Below, piece after piece: positions 1 through 9,202 of a stretch of 64,000 nucleotides of DNA (positions are counted from its first letter, which is position 1; the number at the start of each line of letters is the position of its first letter). The notes below the pieces were generated by a model. It saw nothing but the letters and a program-made list of their open reading frames with translations, was not told where the DNA came from and made no database searches. The DNA comes from Bacteroidales bacterium. GTDB lineage: Bacteria > Bacteroidota > Bacteroidia > Bacteroidales > UBA11471. Position numbers and translations under genes: made by a program. The DNA lies in contig JAZURX010000022.1 in the NCBI GenBank assembly GCA_045606385.1, positions 11,112-75,111 on the forward strand. The letters run 5' to 3'.

Positions 1-1837
1 TAGCGTGTTGCCCGATGGTGCAAATCAGATGATGATAAAACTTGCCGATCCGGTGTATAAAGATGAGGTAGATCTTTATTTTATCGCCTATCCGGCAGAA
101 GATGTTATCAAAGCATACACCGTAATTACAAACAAAGAGAAAAAAGCCATCAAGATAGAGAAATATGCTTCGTCTATGTTACATTTCAATTGTGATGAGT
201 ATTATCTCACACAATTCAATGGCGACTGGGCGCGAGAAGTGAACGTTTCGGAACAAAAACTCGAATTCGGCAAGAAGGTGATAGATACAAAACTCGGTTC
301 TCGTGCCGATATGTTTGTTTCTCCATTCTTTCAAGTAGGCCTTAATGCTCCTGCACAAGAAAATCAAGGAACTGTTGTTGTAGGTACTCTTGCGTGGACC
401 GGAAATTTCCGTTTTACCTTCGAGATAGATCAAAAAGGCCAATTGCGTATCATAAGCGGCATCAACCCCTATGCGTCACAGTATACGCTTGCCAAAGGTG
501 AAAGTTTCCGTACGCCCGAGTTTATCTTTACCCTTTCGTCGAATGGTAAAGGTGAAGCCAGTCGAAACTTCCACGATTGGGCTCGTCGCTACCAAGTAAA
601 AGAAGGTATGGGCGATCGTATGACCCTGCTCAATAACTGGGAAGCCACCTATTTCGATTTCAATGAAGAAAAACTGATAGGTCTTATCGGCGAAGCTCGT
701 GAACTTGGCGTAGATATGTTCCTCCTCGATGATGGTTGGTTTGCCAACAAATATCCTCGCAGCAGCGATCATCAAGGACTCGGAGATTGGCTCGAAACAA
801 AAGATAAATTGCCCAATGGTATAGGTCGTCTTACCGAAGAAGCCAAGAAACAGGGTGTGAAATTCGGCCTTTGGATCGAACCGGAAATGGTAAACCCTAA
901 AAGTGAACTTTATGAGAATCATAAAGATTGGGTTATCACATTGCCCAATCGTGATGAATATTATTTCCGTAACCAATTGGTGCTTGACCTCAGCAATCCC
1001 AAAGTGCAAGATTATGTATTTGGTGTCGTTGACGACCTCATGACCAAGTATCCCGATATTGCGTACTTCAAATGGGATTGCAACAGCCCGATTACCAATA
1101 TATATTCAAACTATTTGAAGACCAATCAAACTCATCTTTATGTCGATTTCGTTCGCGGACTTTATAATGTACTCGATCGTATCAAAGCAAAATATCCCGA
1201 CTTACGCATGATGATGTGTTCGGGTGGTGGCGGTCGTACCGACTACGAAGGTTTGAAATATTTTGCAGAATTCTGGGCAAGTGATAATACCGATCCCATC
1301 GAACGACTCTTTATACAATGGGGATATTCGCAAATTTTCCCCTCTAAGACAATCTGCGCACACGTGACTACCTGGAATCACAACGCGCCTATTAAATTCC
1401 GCGTAAATGTAGCCATGATGGGTAAATTTGGTTTTGACATCAAACTTGCAGATATGAGTGCAGGAGAAGTAGATTTTTGTAAACGTTCTATCAAAGATTA
1501 CAATCGTTTGAAACCGATAATTCTCGATGGCGATTTGTATCGTCTTGTGTCTCCCTACTCGGGCAATCATACTTCGTCTATGTACGTAGGTAAAGATAAA
1601 AAACAGGCGGTAGTCTTTACATTCGATGTAAATCCTCGTTATGATGAGCAATTGCGCAATGTATGTATGCAAGGTCTCAATCCCGATGCTCGTTATGAAG
1701 TGAAAGAAATCAACCGTTTCGATGGTGGAGACAGATATGTAGGTGTATATTCGGGCGATTATCTGATGAAAGTCGGTTTGCCTATGTTTACCAATAATAA
1801 ATTGCATAGCCGCATATACGAACTCCAAGTAAAATAA
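1..1837 (+). CDS. GH36 alpha-galactosidase, 5' partial (frame open to window edge)
   Basis: Motifs LNNWEATYF, FLLDDGWF, FGLWIEPEMV, KWDCN, SGGGGR and WASDNTD are typical of GH36. No upstream in-frame stop in the window, so GTG at 5 is probably not the real start. Confidence 0.93.
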   Translation, partial: SVLPDGANQMMIKLADPVYKDEVDLYFIAYPAEDVIKAYTVITNKEKKAIKIEKYASSMLHFNCDEYYLTQFNGDWAREVNVSEQKLEFGKKVIDTKLGSRADMFVSPFFQVGLNAPAQENQGTVVVGTLAWTGNFRFTFEIDQKGQLRIISGINPYASQYTLAKGESFRTPEFIFTLSSNGKGEASRNFHDWARRYQVKEGMGDRMTLLNNWEATYFDFNEEKLIGLIGEARELGVDMFLLDDGWFANKYPRSSDHQGLGDWLETKDKLPNGIGRLTEEAKKQGVKFGLWIEPEMVNPKSELYENHKDWVITLPNRDEYYFRNQLVLDLSNPKVQDYVFGVVDDLMTKYPDIAYFKWDCNSPITNIYSNYLKTNQTHLYVDFVRGLYNVLDRIKAKYPDLRMMMCSGGGGRTDYEGLKYFAEFWASDNTDPIERLFIQWGYSQIFPSKTICAHVTTWNHNAPIKFRVNVAMMGKFGFDIKLADMSAGEVDFCKRSIKDYNRLKPIILDGDLYRLVSPYSGNHTSSMYVGKDKKQAVVFTFDVNPRYDEQLRNVCMQGLNPDARYEVKEINRFDGGDRYVGVYSGDYLMKVGLPMFTNNKLHSRIYELQVK

Positions 1838-1840
1838 ATT

Positions 1841-4021
1841 ATGAAAAGATATATTGTCTCGATAATATATTTGTTTACATCTGTAATGATTGGCGTAGCA
1901 GGTAAATATACCGGCTACGTCAATCATTTTATAGGCACCGGAGCTGTAGAAGGTGGATTATCGGGTAATAACTATCCCGGAGCTACTATGCCTTTTGGTA
2001 TGATACAGTTGTGCCCTGACACTCATGAAGCCCCCGATTGGTATAATGCATCAGGCTATAACTACAACGATAGTATTATATATGGATTCAGCCATACACG
2101 TTTGAGTGGTACTGGTGCGAGTGATTTGATAGACCTGTTGTTGTTTCCTACCATATCCGATGCAAATCGTAGCAGATTCTCTCATGATGAGGAGTCTGCA
2201 TCTCCCGGCTATTATGCAGTTGTACTTAAAGATGAGAATATTAAAGCAGAACTTTCGGCTACTTCTCGGGTCGGAGTTCACCGCTATACATTCCCTACCC
2301 GAGAAAATCCGGTAATAAAAGTTGATTTGGATCATTCTGCATCAAAAGGCAGTTGGGGGCGACGTATTATCAATTCTCAAATACGGCGTGTCGGCGATAA
2401 CGCTTTGTCGGGCTATCGTATCATTACCGGCTGGGCAAAACTGCGTAAGGTCTATTTCTATATCGAATTTTCCGAACCTATTGACAATATCGTGATGAGC
2501 GATGGCTCGCGTCGTCATGAAGGTGCCAATGTGATAAATGGTACGAGCCTCAAAGCCGATGTGTCGTTTGCCGCTACTGCCAAGCCTATCATATGTAAGG
2601 TGGCTCTGTCGCCGGTATCGGCCGACAATGCCCGTGAGAATATGGAGGCGGAGGCAACCCATTGGGATTTTGATAAGTATGTTGCCGATGCTGATGCCGC
2701 ATGGGATAATCAACTTTCAAAAATAGAGGTTACCGGTAATGCCGAGCAGCTCGAAATATTCTATACTGCGTTGTATCACACTATGATACAGCCCAATGTA
2801 TTTAGCGATGTAAATGGAGAGTACATGGCTCCCGATTACACAATTAAGAAAGTCCCCACTGGAGAGAATCAATATACAACCTTCTCGCTATGGGATACAT
2901 ACAGAGCCATACACCCCTTCTATACGATTATTGATCCCAAACGTACTCGCGACTTCATAAACAGTATGTTGCGACATTACGATGTTTATGGATATTTACC
3001 GATATGGCATTTGTGGGGGCAAGACAATTATTGCATGATAGGAAATCATGCCATTCCGGTTATTATCGATGCCGTACTCAAAGGCATTCAGGGTATTGAT
3101 GTCGAACGCGCTTACGAAACTGTGCGTAACAGCTCGTTGGAAGCTCATCCCAATTCTCCGTTTGATGTGTGGGAAAAATATGGCTATATGCCCGAGAATA
3201 TACAGACTCAATCTGTCTCTATATCTCTCGAGATGGCGTATGACGATTGGTGTGTTGCAAAATTGGCACACAAATTGGGTAAGTGGGAAGACTATAATAG
3301 ATTTATTAAGCGGGCCTATTTTTTTAAGAACCTGTATAATCATGATACTCGTTTTTTTCAGCCCAAAGACGATAGAGGTGAGTGGATATTACCATTTGAC
3401 CCGTTAAAACATGGTGCAAATGGCGGTTATCCTTTTACCGAAGGTAATGCTTGGCAATATTATTGGTATGTACCACATGATATTCCATGCCTGATAGAAC
3501 TTACCGGCGGGAAAAAAGCTTTTGAGAAAAAACTCGACGACCTATTTTCTATTACAGAGACAAGTGGTATAAAAAATGATAATATCTCAGGCTCTATTGG
3601 TCAATATGCCCATGGTAATGAGCCAAGCCACCATGTGGCTTACCTCTACAATTATGTAGGTAAACCATATAAAACACAAGCTATGGTACGTCGTATTATG
3701 AACGAAATGTACAATAATACGTCGGCAGGATATTCGGGTAATGACGATTGTGGAGAAATGTCGGTATGGTACATTTTCAGTGCTATGGGATTCTATCCTG
3801 TAAATCCTGCTTGTGGAGTTTACGATTTGGGAACACCCTTGTTCGATTCTTGTGTAATACATCTCGAAAATGGAAAGAAATTTGAAATAAAGGCCAAGCG
3901 CAAAGATGTTTCGTGCTATAAAGTCGATTATGTGCGTCTCAACGGAAAAAAAATGAGTGGGTATACATTGTCACATGAGGCAATTATGGCGGGAGGAACA
4001 CTCGAATTTGTTTTGAAATAG
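1841..4021 (+). CDS. GH92 alpha-mannosidase family protein, signal peptide
   Basis: YVNHFIGTG, PGATMPFGMIQ, FSLWDT, TEGNAWQY, HGNEPSHH and GNDDCGEMS motifs. Starts 3 nt after the GH36 stop. Confidence 0.93.
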   Translation: MKRYIVSIIYLFTSVMIGVAGKYTGYVNHFIGTGAVEGGLSGNNYPGATMPFGMIQLCPDTHEAPDWYNASGYNYNDSIIYGFSHTRLSGTGASDLIDLLLFPTISDANRSRFSHDEESASPGYYAVVLKDENIKAELSATSRVGVHRYTFPTRENPVIKVDLDHSASKGSWGRRIINSQIRRVGDNALSGYRIITGWAKLRKVYFYIEFSEPIDNIVMSDGSRRHEGANVINGTSLKADVSFAATAKPIICKVALSPVSADNARENMEAEATHWDFDKYVADADAAWDNQLSKIEVTGNAEQLEIFYTALYHTMIQPNVFSDVNGEYMAPDYTIKKVPTGENQYTTFSLWDTYRAIHPFYTIIDPKRTRDFINSMLRHYDVYGYLPIWHLWGQDNYCMIGNHAIPVIIDAVLKGIQGIDVERAYETVRNSSLEAHPNSPFDVWEKYGYMPENIQTQSVSISLEMAYDDWCVAKLAHKLGKWEDYNRFIKRAYFFKNLYNHDTRFFQPKDDRGEWILPFDPLKHGANGGYPFTEGNAWQYYWYVPHDIPCLIELTGGKKAFEKKLDDLFSITETSGIKNDNISGSIGQYAHGNEPSHHVAYLYNYVGKPYKTQAMVRRIMNEMYNNTSAGYSGNDDCGEMSVWYIFSAMGFYPVNPACGVYDLGTPLFDSCVIHLENGKKFEIKAKRKDVSCYKVDYVRLNGKKMSGYTLSHEAIMAGGTLEFVLK

Positions 4022-4027
4022 GATATT

Positions 4028-5760
4028 GTGAGAAAAATATTTTTTTTGTATTATCAATAATATATGGCATCGTTTAAGCGGAGCAGGTGATATATATACC
4101 TGCTATCTATGGCGATGCTACATCTATTATACAACATGCCATCGATAGTGCGGCTCGGTATAAAGGTAAAGCTGTAACTATAAAGTTGACTGCGTCCGAT
4201 TATCATATATCTCGGGCTATGTCGTCTCCATATCTTTATTATATATCTAACACAACGTCGGCCGATGAAAATCCCAATCCTGTAAAACATATCGGGTTGT
4301 GGTTGCGTAACATCAAAAATCTTACTATTGATGGTTGTGGAGCAAGGTTCATTACTCATGGGGAGATGACCACTTTTGTGATAGATAGTTGTGACAATGT
4401 GATGTTGAAAAACGTTACCGTTATGGCTGCCGATCCATCTGTGCCCGAGATGGTTGTGATGGAGACTCGCTCTCAAGTGCTTGTCGCTCGTCCCACCGAA
4501 GGCTCACGTTATGAAATCACAGGCGATGGTCGTTTCTATTGGGTTGGTGAGGGGTGGCGTTTCACCGATGGTATAGCCCAGATATACTATCCCGATAAGA
4601 AAGTGACTCATCGTTGTAATAGTCCTCTTACAGAATTGAGCTATGTACAAGAATGCGGAGGTTTGTTGCACTTTTGGTTCCATGATACACCTCCGGAGGC
4701 TATGCCGGGAGATGTGTATCAGATGCGCCATTCGTATCGTACAGAGGTGTGCGGTTTTATACATCGCAGTAAAAATGTTGCGCTCAAGAATTGTACATTT
4801 AATTTTATGGGTAATTTTGGCGTTGTTGGGCAATATTCCGAAAATTTGACCTTCCACCGTTTACTTTGCGCTCCGCCGCCTACTTCTGAACGTACATGTG
4901 CCGGTTTTGCCGATTTTATACAGATGTCGGGTTGTAAAGGTAAAATTGCGATTACGGATTCGCATTTTGAAGGTGCTCAAGATGACCTAATCAATATACA
5001 CGGTACACATCTTAAGGTTATGGATTACCCGGCACCTAATAAAGTGAAAGTACGTTTTATGCATGGGCAAAGTTATGGCTTTGACGCTTTTTCTCCCGAT
5101 GATAATATCGAGTTTGTCGATACACATACCCTCCTTTGTTTGCAGTCAGCAAAAGTAAAAGCTGTGAATCGTATCGATAATTATAACATTTTACTTACGC
5201 TCAATATTCCCGTGTCCGAAGATGTGCGTAATCTCGAAAATGTAGTGGTGGAAAATGTGTCTTGGACACCCGATGTAGAGATTGTCGGGAACTACTTTGC
5301 ATGTACTCCTACGCGAGGTATTCTTGTGACTACGAGAGGTAAGATATTGATTGCCGAAAATACATTTTTTTGTATACCTATGAGTGCGGTGTTCATATCA
5401 GATGATGCCCGTGGGTGGTATGAGTCGGGTCCGGTGCGAGATGTTGTTATTGCTCGGAATTATTTCTATGAGTGTAATTCACCGGTTATTTCCATTTTAC
5501 CTGAAAATGATAAATATGAAGGTGCGGTACATTGTAATATTGCCATTTTAAACAATCGTTTTGTCCTTTCTCAAGATGTAGCTGTACAAGCACGAAGTAC
5601 CGATGGCCTTATGGTAAAAGGGAATCATTTTATTTCTCCCTCATCAACACCTGTCGATGAATGAGCGTTTGTGGTAGTAGATAAGTGCAACGATGTCGTA
5701 GTTTCAGAAAACAGTGTTACTTTACATCGATTTCCTATCTCTTATGCTATAGATAGATAG
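4028..5760 (+). pseudogene. GH110 alpha-1,3-galactosidase-like gene, apparently disrupted (intact core ORF 4087-5664)
   Basis: Core has YYISNT, FADFIQMSGCKG, DDLINIHG, RGILVTTR and WYESGPV. A signal peptide can be rebuilt from GTG 4028 only by adding one T to the T8 run (4040-4047) and reading through TAA 4075-4077. After TGA 5662-5664 the frame continues AFVVVDKCNDVVVSENSV to TAG 5758-5760. Confidence 0.7.
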
Positions 5761-5868
5761 AATGTCAAAGCCGAAAATGCCGGTGCTCTTTTTTATGAAT
5801 TGTAAAGAAAAATAGAACTATTGTCTCATTTTTTATGAGTTTCGTGGTGTCGTTTTCGGAAAATACCC

Positions 5869-5876
5869 TATATTTG
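5869..5876 (+). promoter_or_regulatory. Bacteroidetes sigma-A -7 element for the Lrp/AsnC gene
   Basis: TATATTTG matches TAnnTTTG, 38 nt upstream of ATG 5915. No clean -33 TTTG. Confidence 0.6.
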
Positions 5877-5914
5877 TTGGCAAAATGATACCGATAAACA
5901 CAAAAATAAAGATT

Positions 5915-6382
5915 ATGGAAAAAATAGACAATCTCGATCGTCAGATTCTCGAAATAATTATGCGCAATGCTCGTATACCATCAAAAGATGTAGCTGCCAA
6001 ATGCGGAGTTTCGAGAGCTGCCATTCATCAACGCATTCAGCGTATGATAGATATGAATGTAATTATTGGGTCGGGGTATCGAGTAAATCCTAAAATATTA
6101 GGTTATAGCACCTGTACTTATATAGGTGTGCGTCTCGAAAAAGGCTCTATGTATAAAGATGTCGTTCCCGAGCTCGAAAAAATTCCCGAGGTTGTAGAGT
6201 GCCATTTTACAACAGGTCCGTACACGATGTTGTGTAAGCTTTTCGCTCGTGATAATGAACACTTGATGCATCTTATTAACGACCTTGTGCAACAAATTCC
6301 TGGGGTGGCATCGACAGAGACATTGATTTCTTTGGATCAAAGTCTCAATCGCGAAATCCCTATCAATATACGTCCCGAATAA
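5915..6382 (+). CDS. asnC: Lrp/AsnC family transcriptional regulator
   Basis: N-terminal HTH (IDNLDRQILEIIMRNARIPSKDVAAKCGVSRAAIHQRIQRM) and RAM domain (IPEVVECHFTTGPY). ATG 5915 preferred over 5885 because the family starts at M-x-K-I-D. Confidence 0.9.
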   Translation: MEKIDNLDRQILEIIMRNARIPSKDVAAKCGVSRAAIHQRIQRMIDMNVIIGSGYRVNPKILGYSTCTYIGVRLEKGSMYKDVVPELEKIPEVVECHFTTGPYTMLCKLFARDNEHLMHLINDLVQQIPGVASTETLISLDQSLNREIPINIRPE

Positions 6383-6412
6383 ACCTCATAAGAGAAAGTT
6401 AGTTTATCATAT

Positions 6413-6446
6413 ATAACCGTTTCCTTGATTTATAGGAAACGGTTAT
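6413..6446 (+). terminator. Stem-loop after asnC, probable intrinsic terminator
   Basis: Perfect 13-bp stem ATAACCGTTTCCT / AGGAAACGGTTAT with 8-nt loop. U-tail is weak. Confidence 0.65.
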
Positions 6447-6494
6447 TCATAGATGGCGTATGAAAATGGGAAAAGATGCGCCGGTTGACAATAA

Positions 6495-6502
6495 TATATT
6501 TG
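6495..6502 (+). promoter_or_regulatory. -7 promoter element for murF
   Basis: TATATTTG(CA), 29 nt upstream of ATG 6532. Confidence 0.55.
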
Positions 6503-6531
6503 CATTGTAAGATACCATTGATAATATATGT

Positions 6532-7818
6532 ATGGAAAGCATAGAATCATTGTATGCCAAATTTTGTGAGTGTCGTGGGGTTACAACTGATAGTCGAAAT
6601 TGTCCGTTAGGCTCTATTTTCTTTGCTTTGCGCGGAGATAATTTCGATGGAAATCAATTCGCAGCCAATGCGTTAGAGTCAGGCTGTGCCTATGCGGTTG
6701 TAGATGATGCCGCGGTAGCAATCGACCATCGTTATATTCTTGTCGATAATGTGTTGCTCGCTTTACAGGCTTTGGCGCGTCATCATCGGCGGGTGTTGGC
6801 TTTGCCGGTGATAGGTATTACCGGTACCAATGGAAAGACTACTACGAAAGAATTAACAGCAGCATGTCTTTCGCGCCGTTACAATGTATTGGCAACAGAG
6901 GGGAATCTCAATAATGCCATCGGAGTACCACTTACACTATTACGTCTCAATGGTAATCACGAAATTGCCGTAGTGGAAATGGGGGCAAGCCACCCCGGCG
7001 ATATTACCGAATTGGTGCAAATAGCCGAGCCCGATTATGGTATTATAACCAATGTCGGAAAGGCTCATTTACAGGGGTTCGGCTCGTTCGAGGGGGTTGT
7101 TTCTACCAAATGTGAACTTTATGAATTTTTACGAACTAAAAGCGGAAAAATATTTCTGCACAATGAAAATCCATACCTTGCAGCTCGCGCTGGGAAGTTG
7201 CCTTCGGTAAGGTATGGTACGACGCCGGCACTCTTTCTTTCGGGGGGATTGGCCGATTGTTCACCCTATCTTTCGTTCCGATTTACACACAACGACAATA
7301 CGTTCTCGGTGAATACGCATCTTATAGGTAGTTACAACCTTTACAATGCACTTGCGGCAGCTGCCATTGCATCTTATTTTGAGGTGCCCGATGTGGAGAT
7401 TGCTTCTGCCATAGCCGATTATGAACCTCGTAATCGCCGTTCTCAATTGATGAAAACAGACCGTAATACGCTCATTGTCGATGCATATAATGCTAATCCC
7501 ACCAGTATGGCCGCAGCTCTTGATAATTTTGCTGCAATGGATATGCCCAATAAGGTGGTAATATTAGGAGATATGGGCGAACTTGGCGAAGATAGTCGTG
7601 AAGAACATCATAAGATTGTAAGTAGGTTGCATCTCGATGATTCATTGAAAGTATTCTTGGCCGGAAAAGAGTTTTCGGCTGTTGCCGATGGACTTACAGC
7701 CTATCCCGATACCGATATGCTTGTAGAAGCTTTGCGCAATGAAATTCTGACCGATTGTACGATACTTATAAAGGGGTCACGTAGCGCGCGACTCGAACGT
7801 TGTCTCGATTGTCTGTAA
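6532..7818 (+). CDS. murF: UDP-N-acetylmuramoyl-tripeptide--D-alanyl-D-alanine ligase
   Basis: TTDSR, GITGTNGKTTTKE P-loop, GNLNNAIGVPLTL, EMGASH, DAYNANP, LGDMGELG and IKGSR motifs. Confidence 0.96.
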   Translation: MESIESLYAKFCECRGVTTDSRNCPLGSIFFALRGDNFDGNQFAANALESGCAYAVVDDAAVAIDHRYILVDNVLLALQALARHHRRVLALPVIGITGTNGKTTTKELTAACLSRRYNVLATEGNLNNAIGVPLTLLRLNGNHEIAVVEMGASHPGDITELVQIAEPDYGIITNVGKAHLQGFGSFEGVVSTKCELYEFLRTKSGKIFLHNENPYLAARAGKLPSVRYGTTPALFLSGGLADCSPYLSFRFTHNDNTFSVNTHLIGSYNLYNALAAAAIASYFEVPDVEIASAIADYEPRNRRSQLMKTDRNTLIVDAYNANPTSMAAALDNFAAMDMPNKVVILGDMGELGEDSREEHHKIVSRLHLDDSLKVFLAGKEFSAVADGLTAYPDTDMLVEALRNEILTDCTILIKGSRSARLERCLDCL

Positions 7819-7840
7819 GAAATCATTAAAAAATAGTTAT

Positions 7841-9037
7841 ATGTATGATGAAGTATTTGCTGTTGAGGCGCAAGTAAGACAAAAGAAAATACAGCAGGCT
7901 CTGCGCGAAGCTGGAGTTGACGCATTATTGCTCGCCGATAATGCCAACTTATATTATACTGCAGGACGCGTGTTCAGTGGATACACATATATCCCTATCG
8001 AGGGAGATATGCTCTATTTTGTGCGTCGTCCGGTAGGGCTTGAAGGTGAAAATGTGATATACATTCGTAAACCCGAGCAGATAGTTGAATTTTTACAGAC
8101 ACTTGGCTTGACTATCCCTGCAAAACTTATGCTCGAAGGTGATTCTCTTTCATTCAATGAGTATAATCGTATAGCTAAAGCTTTCGGTAGAGTCGCTACT
8201 GAAGTATCATCTCAAGGTACAGCTTTTATTCGTACTATCCGATCGATAAAGACTTCTTATGAAATAGATCTTATCCGTCGCTCGGCGGTTATTCACGACG
8301 CTATGTATAGTCGTGTGCCTCATCTGTATGTCGAGGGTATGACAGATGTGGAATTTTCTATCGAACTCGAACGAGCCGCACGTCAGCACGGCTCGTTGGG
8401 TATTTTCCGTATATTCGGCCGTTCCATGGAGATATATATGGGCAGTTTGTTGGCCGGAGATAATGCCGATAATCCTTCGCCTTACGACTTTGCTATGGGG
8501 GGCGCCGGTATCGAAGGTTCTTTGCCCGTAGGTTGCAATGGCACGCCTATACGTCCGGGGCAGACGGTAATGGTAGATATGAATGGTAATTTTACAGGGT
8601 ACATGTCCGATCTTTCACGCGTATTCTCTGTCGGAGAAATTTCCCCATTGGCGCATAAAGCACATAATGTATCTATTCGCATTCAGCGGGCTGTAGAGGA
8701 GGCTGCCCGACCTGGAGTGTATGCATCTTCCTTATACAATATAGCATTGGAGATTGCGCAAGAAGAGGGACTTGAAACCTATTTTATGGGTCATCGGCAG
8801 AAGGCCGGATTTGTGGGACATGGCGTAGGTATAGAGGTCAATGAATTGCCGGTATTAGCTCCTCGTTCACGTGATATTCTGCAAGAGGGTATGACGATAG
8901 CATTGGAACCCAAATTTGTAATACCCGGGGTGGGTGCTGTCGGAGTAGAAAATACTTTTGTGGTTATGGCTTCGGGTATGGAACGCCTTACGCTCTGTCC
9001 CGAAGAAATTATACCTCTTGATAATTTTGTGGAATAA
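7841..9037 (+). CDS. M24 family Xaa-Pro aminopeptidase/dipeptidase
   Basis: Creatinase-like N-terminal domain. Metal ligands in VD..GYMSDLSR, GHGVGIEVNE, ALEPK and VGVEN. Confidence 0.9.
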   Translation: MYDEVFAVEAQVRQKKIQQALREAGVDALLLADNANLYYTAGRVFSGYTYIPIEGDMLYFVRRPVGLEGENVIYIRKPEQIVEFLQTLGLTIPAKLMLEGDSLSFNEYNRIAKAFGRVATEVSSQGTAFIRTIRSIKTSYEIDLIRRSAVIHDAMYSRVPHLYVEGMTDVEFSIELERAARQHGSLGIFRIFGRSMEIYMGSLLAGDNADNPSPYDFAMGGAGIEGSLPVGCNGTPIRPGQTVMVDMNGNFTGYMSDLSRVFSVGEISPLAHKAHNVSIRIQRAVEEAARPGVYASSLYNIALEIAQEEGLETYFMGHRQKAGFVGHGVGIEVNELPVLAPRSRDILQEGMTIALEPKFVIPGVGAVGVENTFVVMASGMERLTLCPEEIIPLDNFVE

Positions 9038-9167
9038 AAGATGGGCATTGAGTAATACCTGTCTTGTGGTGTGTAATTGATATATCGGTGGGGTAAAACT
9101 CTCATATAAACCGTACTCGTTGTAAAAAATATAGAAACAAGCTTGATATTTCTCGCTCGTTTATTCC

Positions 9168-9175
9168 TATATTTG
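9168..9175 (+). promoter_or_regulatory. -7 promoter element for the GH2-esterase-GH43-GH51-GH51 operon
   Basis: TATATTTG 27 nt upstream of ATG 9203. CTTG at 9142-9145 may be the -33 element. Confidence 0.6.
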
Positions 9176-9202
9176 TATTTTAGAACCTTATCTTATAGTA
9201 TC

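Noticed and set aside
4075-5664. Stop-codon recoding or selenocysteine as an explanation for the GH110 internal stops
   Set aside because: The stops are of two types (TAA, TGA) and come with a frameshift. TAA, TAG and TGA all end other genes normally in this window.
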